NCBI RefSeq assembly: GCF_902652985.1 | Contig: NC_047020.1 | Location: 12,028,001 to 12,092,000, forward strand | Length of the DNA: 64,000 bases | Direction of reading: 5' to 3' | Source: Pecten maximus | Taxonomy: Eukaryota | In this document: piece after piece, positions 50,352-62,917 of the stretch | Layout of the letters: every line of letters begins with the position of its first letter | Numbering within the stretch: the stretch's first letter is position 1 | Notes under the pieces: generated by a model | What the model saw: the letters and a program-made list of their open reading frames with translations, nothing else | Databases searched by the model: none | Told to the model about the DNA's origin: nothing | Made by a program: the position numbers and the translations under genes

Positions 50352-53300
50352 AAGATAGTGTCTATAACAAACACAGACAATGGTCTGATTCCTATCGTCC
50401 AGATAGTCTCTGTAACAAACACAGACGATGGTCTGATTCCTATCGTCCAGATAGATAGTGTCTTTAACAAACACAGACGATGGTCTGATTCCTATCGTCC
50501 AGATAGTCTCTGTAACAAACACAGACGATGGTCTGATTCCTATCGTCCAGATAGTCTCTTTAACAAACACAGACGATGGTCTGATTCCTATCGTCCAGAT
50601 AGTCTCTGTAACAAATACAGACAATGGTGTGATTCCTATCGTCCAGATAGTGTCTATAACAAACACAGACGATGGTCTGATTCCTATCGTCCAGATAGTG
50701 TCTATAACAAACACAGACGATGGTCTGATTCCTATCGTCCAGATAGTGTCTATAACAAACACAGACGATGGTCTGATTCCTATCGTCCAGATAGATAGTG
50801 TCTTTAACAAACACAGACGATGGTCTGATTCCTATCGTCCAGATAGATAGTGTATGTAACAAACACAGACGATGGTCTGATTCCTATCCTCCAGATAGTG
50901 TCTGTAACAAACACAGACGATGGTCTAATTCTATCGTCCAGATAGTGTATATAACAAACACAGACGATGGTCTGATTCCTATCGTCCAGATAGTGTCTGT
51001 TACAAACACAGACGATGGTCTGATTCCTATCGTCCAGATAGTGTCTATAACAAACACAGACGATGATCTGATTCCTATCGTTCAGATAGTGTATATAACA
51101 AACACAGACGATGGTCTGATTCCTATCGTCCAGATAGTGTATATAACAAACACAGACGATGGTCTGATTCCTATCGTCCAGATAGATAGTGTATGTAACA
51201 AACACAGACGATGGTCTGATTCCTATCCTCCAGATAGTGTCTGTAACAAACACAGACGATGGTCTGATTCCTATCGTCCAGATAGATAGTGTATGTAACA
51301 AACACAGACGATGGTCTGATTCCTATCCTCCAGATAGTGTCTGTTACAAACACAGACGATGGTCTGATTCCTATCGTCCAGATAGTGTATATAACAAACA
51401 CAGACGATGGTCTGATTCCTATCGTCCAGATAGTGTCTGTTACAAACACAGACGATGGTCTGATTCCTATCGTCCAGATAGTGTCTATAACAAACACAGA
51501 CGATGATCTGATTCCTATCGTTCAGATAGTGTATATAACAAACACAGACGATGGTCTGATTCCTATCGTCCAGATAGTGTATATAACAAACACAGACGAT
51601 GGTCTGATTCCTATCGTCCAGATAGATAGTGTATGTAACAAACACAGACGATGGTCTGATTCCTATCCTCCAGATAGTGTCTGTAACAAACACAGACGAT
51701 GGTCTGATTCCTATCGTCCAGATAGATAGTGTATGTAACAAACACAGACGATGGTCTGATTCCTATCCTCCAGATAGTGTCTGTTACAAACACAGACGAT
51801 GGTCTGATTCCTATCGTCCAGATAGTGTCTGTAACAAACACAGACGATGGTCTGATTCCTATCCTCCAGATAGTGTCTGTAACAAACACAGACGATGGTC
51901 TGATTCCTATCGTCCAGATAGATAGTGTATGTAACAAACACAGACGATGGTCTGATTCCTATCCTCCAGATAGTGTCTGTTACAAACACAGACGATGGTC
52001 TGATTCCTATCGTCCAGATAGTCTCTGTAACAAACACAGACGATGGTCTGATTCCTATCGTCCAGATAGTGTCTATAACAAACACAGACGATGATCTGAT
52101 TCCTATCGTCCAGATAGTCTCTGTAACAAACACAGACGATGATCTGATTCCTATCGTTCAGATAGTGTATATAACAAACACAGACGATGGTCTGATTCCT
52201 ATCGTCCAGATAGTGTCTGTTACAAACACAGACGATGGTCTGATTCCTATCGTCCAGATAGTGTCTATAACAAACACAGACGATGATCTGATTCCTATCG
52301 TTCAGATAGTGTATATAACAAACACAGACGATGGTCTGATTCCTATCGTCCAGATAGTGTATATAACAAACACAGACGATGGTCTGATTCCTATCGTCCA
52401 GATAGATAGTGTATGTAACAAACACAGACGATGGTCTGATTCCTATCCTCCAGATAGTGTCTGTAACAAACACAGACGATGGTCTAAGTCTATCGTCCAG
52501 ATAGTGTATATAACAAACACAGACGATGGTCTGATTCCTATCGTCCAGATAGTGTCTGTTACAAACACAGACGATGGTCTGATTCCTATCGTCCAGATAG
52601 TGTCTGTAACAAACACAGACGATGATCTGATTCCTATCGTTCAGATAGTGTATATAACAAACACAGACGATGGTCTGATTCCTATCGTCCAGATAGTGTC
52701 TATAACAAACACAGACGATGGTCTGATTCCTATCGTCCAGATAGTCTCTGTAAAAAACACAGACGATGGTCTGATTCCTATCGTTCAGATAGATAGTGTC
52801 TATAACAAACACAGACGATGGTCTGATTCCTATCGTCCAGATAGTGTCTATAACAAACACAGACAATGGTCTGATTCCTATCGTCCAGATAGATAGTGTC
52901 TATAACAAACACAGACAATGGTCTGATTCCTATTGTCCAGATAGTCTCTGTAACAAACACAGACGATGGTCGGATTCCTATCGTCCAGATATTCTCTGTA
53001 ACAAACACAGACGATGGTCTGATTCCTTTCGTCCAGATAGTGTCTATAACAAACACAGACGTTGGTCTGATTCCTATTGTCCAGATAGTCGCTGTAACAA
53101 ACACAGACGATGGTCTGATTCCTATCGTCCAGATAGTGTCTATAACAAACACAGACGATGGTCTGATTCCTATCGTCCAGATAGTGTCTATAACAAACAC
53201 AGACGATGGTCTGATTCCTATCGTCCAGATAGTGTATATAACAAACACAGACGATGGTCTGATTCCTATCGTCCAGATAGTGTCTGTAACAAACACAGAC

Positions 53301-54461
53301 GATGGTCTGATTCCTATCGTCCAGATAGTGTCTGTAACAAACACAGACGATGGTCTGATTCCTATCGTCCAGATAGTGTCTATAACAAACACAGACGATG
53401 GTCTGATTCCTATCGTCCAGATAGTGTATGTAACAAACACAGACGATGGTCTGATTCCTATCGTCCAGATAGTGTCTGTAACAAACACAGACGATGATCT
53501 GATTCCTATCGTTCAGATAGTGTATATAACAAACACAGACGATGATCTGATTCCTATCGTCCAGATAGTGTATATAACAAACACAGACGATGGTCTGATT
53601 CCTATCGTCCAGATAGTCTCTGTAACAAACACAGACGATGGTCTGATTCCTATCGTTCAGATAGATAGTGTCTATAACAAACACAGACGATGGTCTGATT
53701 CCTATCGTCCAGATAGTGTCTATAACAAACACAGACAATGGTCTGATTCCTATCGTCCAGATAGATAGTGTCTATAACAAACACAGACGATGGTCGGATT
53801 CCTATCGTCCAGATATTCTCTGTAACAAACACAGACGATGGTCTGATTCCTTTCGTCCAGATAGATAGTGTCTATAACAAACACAGACGTTGGTCTGATT
53901 CCTATTGTCCAGATAGTCGCTGTAACAAACACAGACGATGGTCTGATTCTATCGTCCAGATAGTGTCTGTAACAAACACAGACGATGGTCTGATTCCTAT
54001 CGTCCAGATAGTGTCTGTAACAAACACAGACGATGGTCTGATTCCTATCGTCCAGATAGTGTCTATAGCAAACACAGACGATGGTCTAATTCTATCGTCC
54101 AGATAGTGTCTATAACAAACACAGACGATGGTCTGATTCCTATCGTCCAGATAGTGTCTATAACAAACACAGACGATGGTCTGATTCCTATCGTCCAGAT
54201 AGTGTCTATAACAAACACAGACGATGGTCTGATTCCTATCGTCCAGATAGTGTCTGTTACAAACACAGACGATGGTCTGATTCCTATCGTCCAGATATTC
54301 TCTGTAACAAACACAGACGATGGTCTGATTCCTATCGTCCAGATAGTGTCTGTTACAAACACAGACAATGGTTCGATTCTATCGTCCAGATATTCTCTGT
54401 AACAAACACAGACGATGGTCTGATTCCTGCCGTCCAGATATTCTCTGTTACAAACACAGAC
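50352..54461 (+). repeat. 4.1-kb 48-bp minisatellite, with 52-bp ATAG-duplication variants
   Basis: TAACAAACACAGACGATGGTCTGATTCCTATCGTCCAGATAGTGTCTA, ~85 copies. Confidence 0.97.
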
Positions 54462-54464
54462 TTG

Positions 54465-55380
54465 AACTTCTACTATAAAACACCATCTACGGGATGAAGA
54501 TTATCATATGCAGTCTTTGAAAACAATATACGGCCATTTAGTTGGTAGTTTCAGACAAGACAGTCTAAAGTCCTATTATTTAGATGATTTGATATTTGTG
54601 GATACTAAACATTCAAATGACTGTTTTCTTTATACCAGCATTCCAAGTAATCTATAATGTGCTAGGGGTACCTATTGCTGGGAATAAGACAAGGGGGCTT
54701 ACACCTGTTTTAGAATTCCTGGACCTGGATATCAATAATACATTAATGTGATAGTAAAAATCCCTACGGACAAACTAGTTGACGTGAAATATAAGATCAG
54801 GTATGAAAAAAGGTTACTAGAGATGGAGTCATTGGCAGCTAAGTTGAATTCTTGTGCTAGGACAATTCCCCAGCTAGGACATTTACATGTCGGCTTCGTG
54901 ATGTAATGACAGATATAAAGAGGTACTCTTTTCAATCAGGGTCATCCATGATTATAGGAGGACTTGAAAGGCTAAAGTTTGTAGACTTGTTTAATCGATG
55001 TTATCATTTTGGTAAGACTGAATGGTTAAACTCTCTTAATCTGGCTTTGTACACAGATAGCGCTGGGTCTAAAAGTGGAGCAGCCTATCTTCAGCGACAT
55101 TAGTCAATTTGGGTGTGACCAAAGCACTGTTTGGCAACAGAAATAATGCGGGATATTACATTTGTAGATATGTCACCAATAATTGTGGCATTTTACTTTT
55201 GGGTAGATTGAGAGAAAGACGGATAGTTGTATACACAGTCAATGCCGCCTTAGTGGCAGTTTTAAATAGAAAAATATCAAAGTTACCCAAAATCACGAGT
55301 CTAGTCCGTCATCTGATTTTGTATGTAATGCTGAACAAAATCAATTTCAAAGCGCGGCACATAGAAGGTGCAATCTGATT
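54465..55380 (+). mobile_element. DIRS/Ngaro-type RT-RNase H relic
   Basis: YLDDLIFV, LGVPIA, LYTDSAGS, and VYTVNAALVAVLN...LVRHLIL...FKARHIEG; many stops and frameshifts. Confidence 0.85.
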
Positions 55381-57770
55381 ATTTCCAGGACGTTTCTGAT
55401 CACATTATGATAAGTTATTCAAGGTACATGATCACACTTCTGACATAAAATCTCCGTTCAGATTTATTTTACTTGTAAACCCAGAGTTTCTTACGAAGCG
55501 ACTACGGTAATCACACCTGGCAGGATATGCCCAGAGCTACTGAGACTACACTCTCATTGAATCCTATTGTAAACCGTCATGCTTGACCGCAGACACAATA
55601 CCTGGCTTCCAAACAGGTTTTGCTGGTGAGGTACTGCATTGGGTATTTAACGGATCTGAAGCACGTTGTTATGTAATATTCCATTAAAAAAGTATACTGT
55701 ACCCATAATGGACCCCAGGTTACCTTGCACTTTTACAAACCAAAGACATACTATCTGTGTAGTTCACCTATGCATTGCCCAATATTAGCATATCCAATGG
55801 CAAAATTGATTTCCTTTCAAAAAAAATCCAGAGCCATTTCTGGAAATAGCATCATTATGAAACTAAACCAAGTTGTCCATCCATTTGTCTGAAAGGTACT
55901 GCTATCAATATTTTACCTGAGTATTAATCGATTATAAATACCATCAAAATCATTGACACATATACCTTCCCCCTCTGAAGTGGTCTGTTGATACATAGGG
56001 TAGGTGAGTTTGCAATACTGTAAGTTAAGATCTAAAATGTATTTTTATAATTCAAGCTTAGGAGTACATTTGTACAGAGACGTATATAACCTGATATACA
56101 AGTCTCTGATTTGTATATGTCATATGGTTATCCATAGAAAAGCATAATTTCGTACCTGTTACCTGTTTTAAGATATATATTTTCTTAAGTTTCTAGTTAT
56201 TCTCGCTGTAAACAAAACAACAATCTGATTTATTAGGAAGAGTTGGTAGGCCTTTATGAATACAAGAGTGAACCATTTTCAAACGAAACACAGGGAAAAC
56301 CATAGCTAATCTCGTAAACACCCTGGTGTTTGTACAAACTATTTCAATAGCAAATAATATTTAATTGATATCTGGTCAAGAACCATAAGCTTATGTTTTA
56401 CAACTGTTGGATCATATGTTGGATCATATTTAAGTGACTCAGTTATAAAAGATCGATGTGTACTTGCGCACTGTGTATTTCCGGCTGGTACTTCACTTGA
56501 CAACACGTGGTCTGTGCCGATACAGTTGTGTTTGTATTATTTGCCGCAGATATCATATATTGGTCTTTTATGATTTTTACAATATCATTTTTTATGTACC
56601 ACGACAGAAATAATTTAAATAGATATTAAAGTGCTGAAAGTGTGCGTTAATCTTCTCGTCTTTCACTCAGAAATGAAATGTCGGACACTGGGGCGACACC
56701 CAATGTCGGACACCACACCCAATCACATGTATATATATTATATATAATAACTCAAGTAGTAATAACGACAGTACATACAAGTAAATTGTCGAATTTTCGA
56801 GGCAACCTGATCCTTATCAAGACACTAGTATATATAAACAATACCGGTCACAATATAGATAGCCTAGATTATGATGCATTTTACTTCGTCCAGAGACAGT
56901 ATACATGTAGCTATAGGCTATTTATAGGTCTCTGCTTCGTCTGATAGATAGGGTCTAGTAATTAATAACGACGGTATGGTCCAATATATTTACTTAATTT
57001 AACCGGTTTTACGTCCGCTATTCCGGCCTTGTGGCCTTTTAGCTGACGATGATCAAATATAGAAGTTTTAGAAAGCCAGGAAACGAACCGAGTTATACCC
57101 TACGCCAGCCGATTAGGGCGAATTTAGACAGAACTCAACCGTGCGACAAAGCAGCGGGAGCCCAAGCATGTAGAATGTGTGCTAAGCTGCCGAAATTCAG
57201 CGATCGATGTTCAGACGTGTCACCAGCTCCATGATCTAAATATAAGTACTGGATCCTTTATATATAACGCGCGCAAGAGGCGTATTTTCTTATATTATGA
57301 GGGCCAAGATTAGGCCTAACCTGACCAATGTCGTCGTCAGCATGACGAGGCGTGTCAACAACTAGGACGTGCAGGTCACAGCAAAAATAGTTTTGAGGGA
57401 CGAAGGATCTCAGGAGATTTACTATAGTAACTTAACAAATACCTCACTGAAGCTAGAGCTAGTGTCCCTAGTGTTGTGTATGGGACAACTGAAGCTAGAG
57501 CTATTGTCCCTAGTGTTGTGTATGGGACATTAAATGTGCATTCTGACACGCAGGATCCAAGAATATGTATACAAATGATTGATATACCATAAGATATGGG
57601 CGACGTAATCCTGATCAGTATGTCAAAGCAACACGATAACTTAATGTTGCAATAGTTACATTATTTCATAATATCAACGCTTGTGCTTTGTGACCCGTTG
57701 ATAGCGGTATATATATAGCTAGCGTAGACCGGGTGTATACATAAACATCTGGACTCATTGAGACGTAACA

Positions 57771-60700
57771 ATGTTTGATATTACACTGGAACCTTTAACT
57801 GGCTCAAGTGGACTAGTATGGACACTTTTCGTTCTAAGTGTGGCATATTACCTGTGGGACAGGCACAAGAGATTGAAATCCCTGCCCCCGGGGCCTACAC
57901 CACTCCCACTACTAGGAAACATACTTAATTTGGCATCTAATGACCAGATAGAAACTTTTCGTAAACTGCGTGGAAAGTATGGGGACCTGGTCACTCTTCA
58001 TGTGGGGTCCATCACAATGGTGGCGGTCAGTGGTTACGACACACTCCGGGAACTCTTCGTCAAGCGTGGTGACGTCACGTCTGACAGACCTGACCTATTT
58101 GCATTCAGGGTGATAACAAAAGGCGAAGGTAATTATCATGAATAACTTTGTAAGACTATCTTACATATCTGTAAATTATATGTATAGATTTGTGCATATG
58201 TATTAAAAAAAAAAAAAAAAAATGATGTACAAAAATGTACTTCTGTTGCTATATAAACGGTGATATTGAGTATAATATATTTAGGACGATTCTGGGGCGA
58301 AATAACTGTTGTTAATCCCTAGTAAAATGGGTATTGCCGAGTGCAATGAACATGCATAGAAATAATTTCACACACAAAAAAAGAAGTTATTCACTGACGT
58401 TGATAGTAAATGAAATCATGGGAAAATGTGAAATGTGTCGTTTTCAGTAAAAGTTGTCACATATTTTGTCGGTATTCATGGGACTGCAGTATTTATGGAA
58501 TAAGCTATTACCACGTTGTATTGAACAGCTTAGGATGACGTCAATAAGCTATTACCACGTTGTATTGAACAGCTTAGGATGATGTCAATAAGCTATTACC
58601 ACGTTGTATTGAACAGCTTAGGATGATGTCAATAAGCTATTACCACGTTGTATTGAACAGCTTAGGATGATGTCAATAATCTATTACAACGTTGTATTGA
58701 ACAGCTTAGGATGACGTCAATAAACTATTACAACGTTGTATTGAACAGCTTAGGATGACGTCAATAAACTATTACCACGTTGTATTGAACAGCTTAGGAT
58801 GACGTCAATAAACTATTACCACGTTGTATTGAACAGCTTAGGATGACGTCAATAAACTATTACAACGTTGTATTGAACAGCTTAGGATGACGTCAATAAG
58901 CTATTACAACGTTGTATTGAACAGCTTAGGATGACGTCAATAAGCTATTACAACGTTGTATTGAACAGCTTAGGATGATGTCAATAAGCTATTACCACGT
59001 TGTATTGAACAGCTTAGGATGACGTCAATAAGCTATTACAACGTTGTATTGAACAGCTTAGGATGACGTCAATAAGCTATTACAACGTTGTATTGAACAG
59101 CTTAGGATGATGTCAATAAGCTATTACCACGTTGTATTGAACAGTTTAGGATGACGTCAATAAGCTATTACAACGTTGTATTGAACAGCTTAGGATGACG
59201 TCAATAAGCTATTAACACGTTGTATTGAACAGCTTAGGATGACGTCAATAAGCTATTAAAACGTTGTATTGAACAGTTTAGGATGATGTCAATAAGCTAT
59301 TACCACGTTGTATTGAACAGCTTAGGATGACGTCAATAAGCTATTACAACGTTGTATTGAACAGCTTAGGATGACGTCAATAAGCTATTACAACGTTGTA
59401 TTGAACAGTTTAGGATGATGTCAATAAGCTATTACCACGTTGTATTGAACAGCTTAGGATGACGTCAATAAGCTATTACAACGTTGTATTGAACAGCTTA
59501 GGATGACGTCAATAAGCTATTACAACGTTGTATTGAACAGCTTAGGATGACGTCAATAAGCTATTACAACGTTGTATTGAACAGTTTAGGATGATGTCAA
59601 TAAGCTATTACCACGTTGTATTGAACAGCTTAGGATGACGTCAATAAGCTATTACAACGTTGTATTGAACAGCTTAGGATGACGTCAATAAGCTATTACA
59701 ACGTTGTATTGAACAGCTTAGGATGACGTCAATAAGCTATTACCACGTTGTATTGAACAGTTTAGGATGACGTCAATAAGCTATTACCACGTTGTATTGA
59801 ACAGTTTAGGATGACGTCAATAAGCTATTACAACGTTGTATTGAACAGCTTAGGATGACGTCAATAAGCTATTACAACGTTGTATTGAACAACTTAGGAT
59901 GACTGTCAATAAGCTATTACCACGTTGTATTGAACAGCTTAGGATGACGTCAATAAAGCTATTACAACGTTGTATTGAACAGCTTAGGATGATGTCAATA
60001 AGCTATTACAACGTTGTATTGAACAACTTAGGATGATGTCAATAAGCTATTACCACGTTGTATTGGACAGCTTAGGATGACGTCAATAAACTATTACCAC
60101 GTTGTATTGAACAGCTTAGGATGATGTCAATAAGCTATTACCACGTTGTATTGAACAGCTTAGGATGACGTCAATAAACTATTACCACGTTGTATTGAAC
60201 AGCTTAGGATGACGTCAATAAGCTATTACCACGTTGTATTGAACAGCTTAGGATGATGTCAATAAGCTATTTCAATGTTCAATCTGACATACACTGTAAA
60301 TTACCGATAGCATATTTATTTGTGTAAAGCCCCTATTAAAGAAAATTCAAAAAAAAATCGAGGAAAAAACTTGTTTTTTCAATGGGTAAAGTTACAATCA
60401 ACTGACCCGAGAAGACGATAACGTGCTGATATAACAGCGGTTGAAATTCACTCTTCGTAAACACGTTTCCATTTACGATCGGTGTCGAACCTAATTATAT
60501 ATATAAGTCAGGAAATCCTTTAGACGTTTCCGTGAGGGGTCTGAACTCTGAAAACATAAGATTAATATATGTAGGGTTACGAGTCGATTAACTTACTAAC
60601 GTCTGCTAGCTGTGTCATAGTATCCTAGAGTGTATCAGCAGTAAACCGCAAGCAAACGTACCGTATTATCTTACTATTATGGAGACGGGACATGTATGCT

Positions 60701-62917
60701 GAACTACAATAATCTTTAAGATTAAGTTTAGATTATTTTTCATTTCTTTCGACGTTCCCATAAAGTTTTTTATTATTATTATTATTATTACGACGCGGAC
60801 TCGGTATGTTTTCGTGGTAACTTTGCATTTTCTCAAAAGCGTTCTTAATACCGAAAAATTGGCAAATGATACGTATATTTGGGCCTAAATGGAAACCTTA
60901 GGGATGCTATATACACCAGATTAGGCTGTCTAAGCGTATACATTTAAGATATTTCGACACACAATTATCCGTTTAACTTGATAATTAGCTCCTATAAATT
61001 ATGGTTGTATAGATGGGTGACGTTCTTTCCAACAGGAATTGCCAGCAGATCTGGACCGGAATGGAAGACACACAGAACATTCGCTATCGGAGGAATGAGG
61101 GATTTTGGCTTCGGCAAGAAAAGTATAGAGGGAAAAATAATGGAAGAAGTTGAAGTATTTCTGAATGTTCTTGACGAGAAACAAGGACAAGCCGTGAATC
61201 CCGATTCTTGTATCCAGACCAGTGTTGCAAACATTATATGTGCTATTATATTCGGTAAGAGGTTCGAGCATGGCGATCCTGTATTTATAGAACTGGTAGA
61301 CATGGTAAAAGAAAACTTGTCTCTTATCGGACCCGCTGGGATTCTCAACCTCATGCCTTTTCTCCGGTTTCTCCCAGGGGATCAGTTCGGTTGTAAAAAA
61401 GTCCTTCAAAATGCCAAAAAAGTCGAGAAGTATCTTTACAAATTGATTGACGCCCATGCGAAGGACTACGACAAGGAAAACATTAAAGACTTCATCGACG
61501 TTTATTTAAAGGAGATAAAGAATAAAGAAGGACAGGGCACTTCCTTCACAGGTACGTACATTGTATGTACAGGTAAGTGGGGACAGATATGTAATCAGGT
61601 TATCGATTGCGTAATCATCAAAAATCACCAAATGTAAAAAACGAGTAAATAATAAACAATGGTATACCTAAGGAAATCGACTTCCTCTTCATGCTCCTAA
61701 ATCAAGAAACAATTTTAGACTATGCTTAGTCCGTCACGCATGACGTCATTGTGATAAGCTAAGTTTCCCGATCCTTTGGTCATGTCCCTTAACAACATAA
61801 AAATACATTTTAACATTTGATATTTCTAATAGACTTAATGTGAAACAATGCTTTCGACGTACTTATGATTACCCTCTAATTTCAGTGTCTCAGCTAATGA
61901 ATTCAATAGCAGACATGTTTATTGCTGGAATGGAGACTACAACAACAACTCTTCTTTGGGCCATTTTGTTCTTCCTTCACAACCCGGATGTACAGGAACG
62001 TTGTCACGAGGAGGTTACGAGGGTGGTAGGAGAGGGTCGTTTCCCATCCCTGTCAGGACAGACCACACATGCCGTATATTGAGGCCACAATCACAGAAAT
62101 TCTCAGGTGTGGAAATATCGCTCCGCTCGGTGTGCCACATGCAACAAGCACTGACGTAAATTTCAAAGGATATATAATTCCTCAAGGAACCATGTTGATT
62201 CCAAACATCGGCTCTGTCCACACTGATCCTGTTCTATTTCCCGGATCCGGGTAAATTTAACCCATCAAGATTCATTGACAGTGATGGCAAAGTTCACGGA
62301 ACGGAACATGTTATACCATTCTTTTTCGGTAAGTTGTCATTAATGAACACGATTTAATGCAGCAAAATCCCCATTTTCTTCAAACGAATATTGATGCATC
62401 AGGTTTTATTTTCGTATTAGAATGAATATGGTTATTGTATTTCTTTTTTAATAGTTATGGGTAACTTCATTTGATTTATTGTCGTATTTTCTCTAATGAA
62501 ATTTATTTTTTTGATGTAAGCAATTAAAAAAAGCATGAACACAATGTGAAAGGTTCAGAAACTCATCAACTTAAAACAACAAAAGAAGATTTAATGTTTG
62601 TTTACTAAATTTAGAAACAAGGGAGATAACTCGGAAAATTGAAGTGTCCTTATTGTTCCGTGGAAAAAAAGACATGATTGTTTCTAACCTGGTATAACCT
62701 TTGTAAATAAACTGGTATTTTATTATTGCTACAGGTCGCCGTGTGTGTATGGGTGAGGCTCTCGCCAGGTCAGAACTGTTTCTCTTCCTAACCTCCATGG
62801 TTCAACGGATCCAGTTTAAAGCGATTGACCCAAATGATATCCCACCCTATAAAAGGCGATTTAGGAGCGACATTCAAACCATGTACTTATCAATGTGTCG
62901 CCGAGAAGAGAGTTTAG
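57771..62917 (+). pseudogene. Cytochrome P450, CYP2 clan, copy C; three +1 insertions in exons 3-4 (pseudogene or assembly errors)
   Basis: Exons 57771-58128, 61036-61551, 61886-62328 (443 nt vs 441 in A and B) and 62735-62917 (183 nt vs 182 in A). Extra bases near 62056, 62240 and 62846. Motifs are otherwise intact. Confidence 0.8.
58499..60270 (+). repeat. 44-bp minisatellite in P450 C intron 1 carrying TGACGTCA in most units
   Basis: AATAAGCTATTACCACGTTGTATTGAACAGCTTAGGATGACGTC, ~40 copies. Confidence 0.97.

Noticed and set aside
50337-54402. Repetitive ORFs or a CRISPR-like array
   Set aside because: Head-to-tail units with no unique spacers, no cas genes, and a eukaryotic context.
57447-57530. 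41-bp direct duplication upstream of P450 C
   Set aside because: Simple two-copy duplication with no supportable function.
62056-62846. Programmed frameshifting or compensation, since the three insertions sum to +3
   Set aside because: A TGA follows the first insertion at 62080-62082, and no slippery-site signals are evident.
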